From Candidatus Entotheonellaceae bacterium (GTDB lineage: Bacteria > Tectomicrobia > Entotheonellia > Entotheonellales > Entotheonellaceae): 64,000 bases of DNA. Shown here in pieces: positions 21,468 through 29,743 of the stretch. Within the stretch, counting starts at the first letter, position 1; every line of letters starts with the position of its first letter. Location: the NCBI GenBank assembly GCA_965238075.1, contig OZ250173.1, positions 160,001 to 224,000 of the forward strand. The letters are read 5' to 3'. A model generated the notes under the pieces. That model ran no database searches. It was not told the DNA's origin and saw nothing but the letters and a program-made list of their open reading frames with translations. Position numbers and translations under genes: made by a program.

Positions 21468-22385
21468 CTACTCTTGTGTCTGCGGCTGCGGATCAGGGTC
21501 CAACAGTTGCAGGGCTTCTGCATCGGCAGGAAAGAAAACGGTGGTGTTAGCATCCAGAAATTTCTCGTAAGCCTCCAGGGTGCGGAGGAATTTATAAAAT
21601 GGCGGATTGGCACGGAAAGCCTTGGCGTAAATTCGCATGGCTTCCGCATCGCCTGCACCCTTCAAGCGCTCCCCCTCTTTGTACGCTTCGGCCAGGATAT
21701 AGCCCTTCTTCCGTTCGCCCGCAGCGATAAGCTTCTTGAATTCTCGCCCTCCTTCAGAGCGGTGTCGCATGGCGATCCTGCCCCGTTCCGCCTTCATACG
21801 CGCAAAGACACTGGCGCGGTTTTGCTCTGGAAACATCAATTGCCGCAGCCACACGTCCACCACCTCGATACCGTAGTGCGACAGCGCTGCCTTGGAGACA
21901 CGCCCCCGGATCTCGGAAAGAATGGTTTGGTACTGGGTTTCCTGGCCGCGCGGAGCGATTATGGCAGCGAATGGATAGGTCCCCAGAACCGTACCGATTT
22001 CCGCAAAGACGATGTCGATAAGCCGGGCCTCGGCCTGTGTCCCGGTAACTACACGCTCTAGAAAGGCCTCGGGTTCCGCGATCTTCCACGTCACCAGGCT
22101 TTGGACCACAATGTTTTTCTTATCCTGGGTGAGATATTCGGCCCTGGGAGGTTTAAAGCTCAACAAGCGTTTTGGCAGGCGTACCACGCTTTCGATGGGG
22201 GTGGGCAACTTGAAGCGCAACCCAGGCTCGTCGATGACGCGCATCACCTGGCCGAAGCGGGTAACCACCACGTACTCTGTGATGTCGACAGCAAAAAAAC
22301 TCGCCTTGAGCCCCACGGCAAGGAGCACGACTCCCAAAAGCGTCAGTGTTCTAACGAGCTTGGTTTGGAAGACTGTATGTTGCAT
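21468..22385 (-). CDS. hflC: HflC-type SPFH/band-7 membrane protein
   Basis: VVTRFG, PGLRFKLP, LTQDKKNI, YGIEVVDV, RMKAER, GAGDAEA.RIYA, FYKFLRTLEAY; alternative GTG start at 22394. Confidence 0.9.
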   Translation of the reverse strand: MQHTVFQTKLVRTLTLLGVVLLAVGLKASFFAVDITEYVVVTRFGQVMRVIDEPGLRFKLPTPIESVVRLPKRLLSFKPPRAEYLTQDKKNIVVQSLVTWKIAEPEAFLERVVTGTQAEARLIDIVFAEIGTVLGTYPFAAIIAPRGQETQYQTILSEIRGRVSKAALSHYGIEVVDVWLRQLMFPEQNRASVFARMKAERGRIAMRHRSEGGREFKKLIAAGERKKGYILAEAYKEGERLKGAGDAEAMRIYAKAFRANPPFYKFLRTLEAYEKFLDANTTVFFPADAEALQLLDPDPQPQTQE

Positions 22386-22415
22386 TGTCAGCACTCACGC
22401 GGTCTGCTAGGCCCA

Positions 22416-22574
22416 CTAGAGCATTTTCGGTTCGGAATGAATCGCACAATGCTCCGAGGCGGTCATTCCGGTCTTGACCCGGAATCCAGCGGCCCCCGAA
22501 AACCTCTGGACTCCGGCTTTCGCCGGAGTGACATGGATTTAATGTCAAGCCATTATGATCCAAAAGTGCTCTAG
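22416..22574 (+). repeat. ~157-bp miniature inverted-repeat element (copy 3), inside the SPFH operon
   Basis: CTAGAGCATTTT...AAAAGTGCTCTAG; the terminal CTAG overlaps the TAG stop of the permease-HflK gene. Confidence 0.92.
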
Positions 22575-24781
22575 CGATTTTGCTTCATGCCATTGGGTTC
22601 GAGCAACCACAGATCGAGTTCGTTGACATCTTGACGAACCGGCCGAAGGAATTTCTGCACCGGTGGAAGGACCTCCTCGGCGGTCTCGAGGCGCAGGCGA
22701 AATCGGGTGAGATCGGGGGCATCCTGGTATGCGTTCTGGCGCAGGCTGTAGGCCATTGCGTCGCCCTCGGCCCGCAAGATCTTTTCTTCTCGAAAAGCCA
22801 AGGCTTCCTCAATCATGGCCGCGGCCTCCCCTGAAGCGAGATTCACCTTCTCTCCGGCAAAGGTCAGGGCGCGATTTATGATATGCATTTTGTCTTCCTG
22901 TGCGCTGGCCACGTCCCGAAAAGCCTGATGCACGTCCTGGGGGGCATGCAGGTTGAGGAAACTGAGGGATACCACCTGCATGCCGGCCTGGTAGGCGTCC
23001 AAGAGATCTTGCACCCGCGCCAGACTTTGGCGCTCCATTGTGCCCCGCGCGGTCGTCAGAACCTCGTCAATACTGATTGTGCCGACCGTCTCTCGCAGCA
23101 CAGACAGGATCAGACTGCGTACGAGTGCGTCCGGCGCCGAGATGTTATAGGCATAGGCAATCGCATTATGGATGCGATATTGCACCGCAACGCTAAGGTC
23201 AACAATGTTGGCATCACCCGTTAACACGAAGGCCTCATCATCAACCTTCTCCTTTTGGAACCAGAAGCCAGTTGAGGCGATCGCCATGGGTACAGGGTTG
23301 CCCGGTCCGCCAACGGTCAGACGCTGTCGCGCCTGGGCGCGCACCGTGCCGCTCTGCGGGTCAGTGCTTCTGAAGCCGAGTTCAATGCGTCGGATCAGGT
23401 CCTTGTGCACGATCTGATGACTCGCAATAGGCCAGGGCAGACGGTAATGAAAACCAGGTGACAACTCCCCGGCCACAATTTGGCCAAAGCGCGACTTAAT
23501 GCCTACTGCTCCCGGTGGCACAGCAAAAATGCCGCTCGACAGATACAGCAGGGCTAACGCGAGCGCGGTAGCGCCTTGTAAACGCACGGCCGTCAGATGC
23601 ACCCCTGTATGGGCGGTGAGGCTATCGCGCACCCCCAGCCATTCCTCTGGTACATGGGTGCGTCGCATACTGAGGAACAACAAAGCTATGAAAATCACGG
23701 CGGCAGCGACTTTGACCTGTTCAGGCACCCCGCCGGTAGCACGTCCAAAGGTCGCCTGCGGTTCTATGTCCCAGGCCTGATAGAGCCAATTCAACGTATA
23801 GCCGGCCAACAGGGTCATCACCACAATGGCGCCCAGGTAGATGGCAACGATCTTCCGTCCCAGAAATTTCAACAGGATAGGAAAACTTCCCAGGTTTGTG
23901 GCTGGACCTGCCAGCAGAAACACCAGCGCGGCCCCAGGGTTCAACCCCTTCAGCACCAGTGCCGCAGCAATCGGGGTCGAGGAGGACGCACACGTGTATA
24001 TGGGGATCCCGAGGATGAGCATGGCCACCATGGTGGTGAAGCCGCCGCTCAAATAGCGTTCGATGATGGAGGCAGGCAAGAGGACTGCCACGAGGCCCGA
24101 CAGGACAATGCCCAGCACCAGCCAGTGACTGGTATCGTCCAGCAAGTCACGGAAAGCATAGGTAAAGATCGTTCGGACAGTCGTATAGGACCCAACTGAT
24201 GCTCCTGGTGTGACTGCCTTGTCGCTTTCAGCATGAGATAAGTGGGAAGTATGATCATGGTCATGAGTATGGGTATGATGCGGTGTGACTGTATGCGGCT
24301 CTGGCAGAGTTGTGTCGGGATGGGAGGCGTCCTGTTCTACCGCAGGTTCGGTGGTGGTGGTTTCCCTCTCGCCCCAAAAATTGGTTGCGATGCCAGCAGC
24401 GATCGCCGTGGCCATAGCAGACAAGGGGCGAAAAATGGTCATCAGTGGATCCAGCAAGGCGTAACTCAAGCTGATTGAATCTACTCCCGTCTCCGGGGTT
24501 GCAATGAGAAATGAGACAGTCGCCCCTGGCGTTGCGCCCTGTCGCCGCAATCCCAAGGCCGTAGGCAACACCCCGCAGGAGCACAGAGGTAGTGGCATGC
24601 CCAGCGTTGAGGCCCATAACACCGACTTGATCTTACCGGTACCGAAGAAACGCAGGAGGGTTTTCAGAGGCATGAGAACAGCGAGAACACCGGCGACCAG
24701 AAAGCCGAACAGGAGAAAAATGCCTGCTTCTTTGACCACAAACCAGGTCTCTTGCGCAACCTGGAGCAAAAACTCAATCAC
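22571..24781 (-). CDS. SO_0444/ArsP (DUF318)-type metal permease with His-rich loop, fused to a C-terminal HflK/SPFH domain
   Basis: N-half: PLPLCSCGVLP, FLIATPETGVDS, HHTHTHDHDH loop, PIYTCASSSTP, FLLAGPATN. C-half: RFG...PGFHYRLPWP, LTGDANIV, AFRDVASAQED, RLRLET.E. One continuous frame; alternative start 24796. Confidence 0.88.
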   Translation of the reverse strand: MIEFLLQVAQETWFVVKEAGIFLLFGFLVAGVLAVLMPLKTLLRFFGTGKIKSVLWASTLGMPLPLCSCGVLPTALGLRRQGATPGATVSFLIATPETGVDSISLSYALLDPLMTIFRPLSAMATAIAAGIATNFWGERETTTTEPAVEQDASHPDTTLPEPHTVTPHHTHTHDHDHTSHLSHAESDKAVTPGASVGSYTTVRTIFTYAFRDLLDDTSHWLVLGIVLSGLVAVLLPASIIERYLSGGFTTMVAMLILGIPIYTCASSSTPIAAALVLKGLNPGAALVFLLAGPATNLGSFPILLKFLGRKIVAIYLGAIVVMTLLAGYTLNWLYQAWDIEPQATFGRATGGVPEQVKVAAAVIFIALLFLSMRRTHVPEEWLGVRDSLTAHTGVHLTAVRLQGATALALALLYLSSGIFAVPPGAVGIKSRFGQIVAGELSPGFHYRLPWPIASHQIVHKDLIRRIELGFRSTDPQSGTVRAQARQRLTVGGPGNPVPMAIASTGFWFQKEKVDDEAFVLTGDANIVDLSVAVQYRIHNAIAYAYNISAPDALVRSLILSVLRETVGTISIDEVLTTARGTMERQSLARVQDLLDAYQAGMQVVSLSFLNLHAPQDVHQAFRDVASAQEDKMHIINRALTFAGEKVNLASGEAAAMIEEALAFREEKILRAEGDAMAYSLRQNAYQDAPDLTRFRLRLETAEEVLPPVQKFLRPVRQDVNELDLWLLEPNGMKQNR

Positions 24782-24813
24782 CTCTGCTCCCCCCACACCA
24801 AATGGCCAACCGT

Positions 24814-24869
24814 AAGAAGAGGGAAAAGAGAGGAAGAAAAGTCCCCCCCTCTCTTCATCCCTCTATCTT
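24814..24869. other. Intercistronic stem-loop
   Basis: Purine arm AAGAAGAGGGAAAAGAGAGG pairs imperfectly with CCTCTCTTCATCCCTCTATCTT, between the acetamidase and permease genes. Confidence 0.55.
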
Positions 24870-24875
24870 TCCAGC

Positions 24876-25910
24876 CTATTGGGGTAAGTACCTTTTATCC
24901 AACTGACAGGCGACGGAATAACTCGGGTCGACCGCGTTGGCGATCTCCAAGCTAGCTGCCTGCCCCAGAAGCTGGTTGGCCTCAAGCTTGTCATACCCAT
25001 AGTCTTCCACGAGCCAGTTGATCAGGTCGACACAAGCCAGCCTAAGGGCATCGATTAAGGGCCGTGTACTGCCGATGGACATGATATGGGTATCGTTTAC
25101 CAGTCTCGGCCAATTGATGCTTTTTCCCTTGATCAGATCAACGGTGAATTGCACGTCCATTGAGGTTTCGATGGCAGCACCATCGATCTCGCCATCCCCT
25201 TGGGCGGCATGGCCATCACCGATCATGAGCAACGCACCCGGCTCAAACACCGGAAAGTACATGGTGACGCCGGATACCACCTCATTGAAATCCATATTGG
25301 CACCGTGGGGGCCTGGGGTCAGGGAACTCCAGCACTCTTTTCCCGCCGTGACTGTCCCGATGGTTCCAAGGAATGGACGCAGGGGGACTTCCACTCTGCC
25401 AATTTTGCTCTTGGGCATGTCCAGGATGCCAACATTCCTCTCCAGGTCCAAGTTCCAGACAAAGAGGATATCCGGCGCCGGTTCGGTAATCATGGCCGTT
25501 TTGTACTCCGGTTCCAAGGTGCCAAAGTAGGGGATCGAACCGCCCCAACCCCAGTCCCGATTCGGAACGACTTTTTCGAGATGGACCACCAAGGTGTCCC
25601 CAGGCTCAGCCCCTTCGATGTAGAACGGACCGGTCTGGGGGTTCACCCTACTCAGATCGAGCTTGGGAAAGAGGGTCTTGTCAGTGGTGGAATAGACATC
25701 ATTAGACGCATCTCGCGTGGTGGTGATCACCGTATCACCAGGTGAGATGCGCATCGCCGGGGGGTGGGAATGGCAATAGGTGAAATACACCGTGTCACCC
25801 GGATCGTATTCCACGGTCGCCGCCGCCGCCGGGAGCGTCAAGATGAGCCCCATCATGACAGCCAACATCACCTGAACAGCTACCATCTTGCTATTGCACA
25901 AATGCCGCAT
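24876..25910 (-). CDS. Acetamidase/formamidase family protein with predicted Sec signal peptide
   Basis: PGDTV, NPQTGPFYIEGAEPGD, PFLGTIG, HGANMD, GDGHAAQGDGE...AIE; N-terminus hydrophobic, ending PAAAA; AAAGGAG RBS. Confidence 0.9.
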   Translation of the reverse strand: MRHLCNSKMVAVQVMLAVMMGLILTLPAAAATVEYDPGDTVYFTYCHSHPPAMRISPGDTVITTTRDASNDVYSTTDKTLFPKLDLSRVNPQTGPFYIEGAEPGDTLVVHLEKVVPNRDWGWGGSIPYFGTLEPEYKTAMITEPAPDILFVWNLDLERNVGILDMPKSKIGRVEVPLRPFLGTIGTVTAGKECWSSLTPGPHGANMDFNEVVSGVTMYFPVFEPGALLMIGDGHAAQGDGEIDGAAIETSMDVQFTVDLIKGKSINWPRLVNDTHIMSIGSTRPLIDALRLACVDLINWLVEDYGYDKLEANQLLGQAASLEIANAVDPSYSVACQLDKRYLPQ

Positions 25911-25990
25911 ACATGTCTCCTTTGCCTCATTACATAAAGATATAAAGAAAATCGTCACTTAGCTGAAACGTCTACAACACGACCTCTCCC

Positions 25991-26968
25991 CTACTGCCCC
26001 GCCACGTCCATCGGCCTCACCTCCTCCCTGTTCTGGAGCACTGGCGAACGCGGGTCATGAGTCCGAAAGTAGTAGGTGCTGTCATAGAGCATGTGGAACA
26101 ACTCAGAATCCAAAGCCAAGACCATTGTTGTTTGGGAATCGATGGAGCGGCGATAGGTCTGCAGCGTCCGCAGGAAGGTGTAGAACTCCGGATCTTTGCT
26201 CAGCGTCTCAGCATAAATCCGCGCCGCTTCGGCTTCCCCTTCGCCCCGATACTGCTGGGCAATTTTCAAGGCCTCGGCCATGATCGTGGCTTTTTCTCGG
26301 TCCGCGGTGGCCCGGATCTTCAGCCCTTCCTCCTCCCCTTCGGAGCGGTATCGCATACTGATGCGCGTACGCTCCGATTTCATGCGAGAGAACACACTGC
26401 TGCGGTTCTGAGCTGGGAAGTCCAAGCGCTGCAGCCGCACGTCGACCACGGCAATGCCGTAATCCCGCAGGGCAATCTCACGACATTCCCGGGCGACGGT
26501 GGCAAGGATGGCCTCAGCCCGGTAGCCCTCGGGATCCGTTGACACAAAGGCCGTCAGAGGATGCTGTCCGATGGCAGCGCCCAACGCTGCAAAGAGGATA
26601 TCGCTCAGTCGTGAAGCTGCTCCCGAGCGATCGAAAACGGTCTGGAGGAACTTTTGCGGGTCGGCAACGCGCCACAAAACAGCGCTGGCAGCGATGACAG
26701 TGGTCTTTTCCAGGGTGAGGAATTCGCCCAAAGGAGGAACGAGGATAAACAGGCGATTATCGAACCGGGTCACATTATGATAGGGATATTTGAGCTTCAG
26801 CCCCGGAGTTTTGATGACCCGTATAGGATTGCCGAATGCCGTGACCACCGCATATTCGCTGGCATCGACCGTGAAGAAGCAGAGGGTGCCCAGGAATGTC
26901 ACGCAAACGGCTGCACCCAGCAACACGACGGCCCTCACGCGTCCTTTGCCACCGGAGGTCATGGGCAC
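25991..26968 (-). CDS. hflC: Second HflC-type SPFH/band-7 protein
   Basis: VVTAFG.P, PGLKLKYP, YGIAVVDV, RMKSER, RSEGEEE, GEGEAEAARIYA, FYTFLRTLQTY. Confidence 0.9.
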   Translation of the reverse strand: MPMTSGGKGRVRAVVLLGAAVCVTFLGTLCFFTVDASEYAVVTAFGNPIRVIKTPGLKLKYPYHNVTRFDNRLFILVPPLGEFLTLEKTTVIAASAVLWRVADPQKFLQTVFDRSGAASRLSDILFAALGAAIGQHPLTAFVSTDPEGYRAEAILATVARECREIALRDYGIAVVDVRLQRLDFPAQNRSSVFSRMKSERTRISMRYRSEGEEEGLKIRATADREKATIMAEALKIAQQYRGEGEAEAARIYAETLSKDPEFYTFLRTLQTYRRSIDSQTTMVLALDSELFHMLYDSTYYFRTHDPRSPVLQNREEVRPMDVAGQ

Positions 26969-27973
26969 CGAACCTCTTATGAGAGAAGGAGCTAAATGGA
27001 AGGAACCCTGCGACGAATCAGGATTTGCCCATCCTTAGCATTACTTTCCTGATACTGTCAAGCGTCAATATTTCGGGCAGTTCTGACAGCAAGGTAATCG
27101 CACGAACCCTCCAATTTCATAGTGTTGCCCAACGCAACCGAGAAAGGAGGCGCTTCGTGCGACTGCTTCAGCGTTACTGCCGTAACTCACCCATAGCGGC
27201 CGGTCACATGCGCAACCTCCACCTGGAAGTTTGACCCTACAAGTCGGCGGTATCCCAAAAACAGACAGGGTCTTCACCGATTCCAGGCGTTTGGCACGAA
27301 AGGGTGCCGAAGAAAAAGCGGTTGTTTACCCGGTATTGGCATATGGAGATGTTCCGGGTTTATACATCGGACTCTAATGCCAGTCGTGCGCCTCGGGCAT
27401 CCGCAGGCGGGGTGTCGACGGCTTTCAGGTCCGACACGATGACAGCGCATTGCAGGCGAGACAAGGTGGGCGGGAAAAACCAGAAATAAAGCACTGGAAC
27501 AGAATATGGTGAGCGAGAGGCCCCTTTTCATAAAGTTGATCGGGGAAGGAGGTATTATCGGTGCGACGCCCTCCCCTAAGCAGGACTCTGTTCATAGCCA
27601 TCGGCGTTTTGACGACTTGAGAAATACGGCGCTGAGATTGTACATCCCGGTTGCCTCGACCCTTTTGGGTGCGATGGTGAAGTATCTCCTTTCTCCGAGT
27701 GAAATAGGCACCGCGTCAACCATCGCCGTGGCGTAACCAACTTGGAGTCCTGGAGACCCCGCTGGTTTCGGCCGTGCAAGCCATGCAGCTTAGCCCGCAC
27801 AAGGCAACAGCGCCAAGATACCCACTCATGAGAGGGTTGCCGATACTGGTGTCAGGGCGTATAAATGAAATTGATAACGGTTTTCATTATTATGTTACTG
27901 TGGCGGGAAGAACTTCCAAACACCGGGGGTAAGCCGTTCATGGACTCGGTTGGTGTGAACCTGCAAAAACTGC

Positions 27974-28189
27974 GTGCTTCAGGATTTTGGCTGCCGGCTG
28001 CGGCAGATGCGCAAGATGCGGCGGCTGCGCCAAATGGATTTGGCCTCGTTCGGGCTAAGCTACAGGTACTACCAGCGGATCGAGGCGGGCCACGTGAACC
28101 CTACCCTGATTACCATGCACCGGCTGGCATCGGCGTTTGACGTGTCGGTGCACGATTTGTTCCGCCCGGAGATTCCAACGGAGGCCTAA
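27974..28189 (+). CDS. XRE-family HTH transcriptional regulator
   Basis: FGCRLRQMR...LRQMDLA...YYQRIEAG..NPTL.TM.RLA.AF.V; the true start may be ATG 27940 with a shift in the A5 run. Confidence 0.8.
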   Translation: MLQDFGCRLRQMRKMRRLRQMDLASFGLSYRYYQRIEAGHVNPTLITMHRLASAFDVSVHDLFRPEIPTEA

Positions 28190-28423
28190 GGCGACTGATT
28201 CCGCGCAAGCCGCGCTCTCGTTGTCGCCTTAAGCGCTCCTCAGCTCACCCTTTGAACACATTGCCTCACGCCCTTCCCCCTCTGCGTCAGGCACACCCGG
28301 CAGGGGTCGCCGTGGGCTCCTGCCACTGCCTGAGGGATTGGTTGACCTCAACGGGGAACCTGACAAGGTGCAATTCGCAACACCCCGCGCCATCCACAAA
28401 GGTAGGCATTCATTCCCGTTAAC

Positions 28424-29509
28424 TCAACCGAGCCGATGCGGCTCCAGCTTTTCCCAGATGAAATCGACGCTGTGGCCGGGGCGTTCCGGGGCGCGGGCCA
28501 TGCCGTTGACGATGGGCAGAGGCACCTCCACGTAAGGCTCAACGCCGAAGCCGTGGATTTCGAGGTGGTTGGCGTTGGGAATGGCGGCCAGCAGGTGAAC
28601 GTGCAAGTCGTGGACGCCGTGCGAGGTGATGGGCAGGTTGTGGGCTTCGGCCATGTGCGCCACCTTCATCCATGGCGTGATGCCGCCGCAGTTGGTGACG
28701 TCGGGCTCGACGAACGACACGGCATTGGCAACCATGAACTTCTGGAACTCGTAAATGGTGTGCAGGTTCTCGCCGGCAGCGACGGGCGTCAGGCCCTCGG
28801 CAACGATGCGGGCGTGACCGGCGACGTCGTCGGGAATGGTGGGTTCCTCCAGCCAATAGACATCGTGCTCCGCCAGGGCGCGGGAGCGGCGAATCGCTTC
28901 GTCGACCGACCACTTCATGTTGGCGTCGACCATCAGGTGCACGTCCGCCCCGATTTCGTTACGCACCGCCCCGACGCGCTCGATGTCCTCGCCTAGCGTC
29001 TCCTTGCCCACGCGCATCTTGACGGCGTGAAAGCCGCTGTCCACCAGCTTTCGGTTCTGCGCGATCAGTTCGGGAATCGAAAAATTGAAATTGATGCTGC
29101 CAGCGTAGGCGTGCACATCCGGATTGTGCCCGCCGAGCAGGCGCCAGAGCGGAACGCCGAGCTTGCGAGCCTTGAGGTCCCACAGCGCGATGTCGATGGC
29201 CGACATGGCGAAGCTGGCCGCGCCGCCGCGTCCGGCGTAGTGCACGTGCCACCACATGTCTTTCCAGAGCGCCTCGATCAGGTCGGCATCGCGGCCTTGC
29301 AGAAACGGGCCCAGCTCGCCGTCGATGAGCGCGGCGATGCTCTTGCCGCTGTTGAGGGCGTAGGTATAACCGACGCCTTCCACCCCGTCGCCGTCGCGCA
29401 GGCGCACGACAACGAATTCGGAGTGAGTCATTTTGCCGTGCATGGAATCCTGCATGACGAACGGCAGCGGCAGGCGGTACAGAGAGGTTTCAACGTGCGT
29501 GATGGACAA
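28424..29509 (-). CDS. Mandelate racemase/muconate lactonizing enzyme family (enolase superfamily)
   Basis: SAIDIALWDL, KMRVG, MVDAN, WLEEP, GEN, SHG. Confidence 0.92.
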   Translation of the reverse strand: MSITHVETSLYRLPLPFVMQDSMHGKMTHSEFVVVRLRDGDGVEGVGYTYALNSGKSIAALIDGELGPFLQGRDADLIEALWKDMWWHVHYAGRGGAASFAMSAIDIALWDLKARKLGVPLWRLLGGHNPDVHAYAGSINFNFSIPELIAQNRKLVDSGFHAVKMRVGKETLGEDIERVGAVRNEIGADVHLMVDANMKWSVDEAIRRSRALAEHDVYWLEEPTIPDDVAGHARIVAEGLTPVAAGENLHTIYEFQKFMVANAVSFVEPDVTNCGGITPWMKVAHMAEAHNLPITSHGVHDLHVHLLAAIPNANHLEIHGFGVEPYVEVPLPIVNGMARAPERPGHSVDFIWEKLEPHRLG

Positions 29510-29743
29510 AGCGGTTTCCTCGACGAGTGTGCGGCGGCGTGGGCCGCCCGGGTGTTTGGGTGGACCTGTTCGGTCAGGGGTTGAAACGGCATTGTAAAGC
29601 AGCCGCCCGGCGGCCGTCTACCGTGCCAAGTGGCCGTTTGATTGCCCGATGAGGCGAGCGTAGGATAACTGTCCCGCAAGGGGCGAGGACCAATGTCAAC
29701 GGCCTTGTCAGGACATCATCCGCTCAATTTCAGGAGTGCGACC

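Noticed and set aside
4624-22574. Similar short ORFs containing DHNGLTLSPCHSGESR...WIPGQARND (4624-4992, 6206-6601, 22351-22563)
   Set aside because: They are translations through the repeated element, not a protein family.
27291-27308. TTGGCACG...GC as a sigma54 promoter
   Set aside because: GG-to-GC spacing is 11 nt rather than the required 10.
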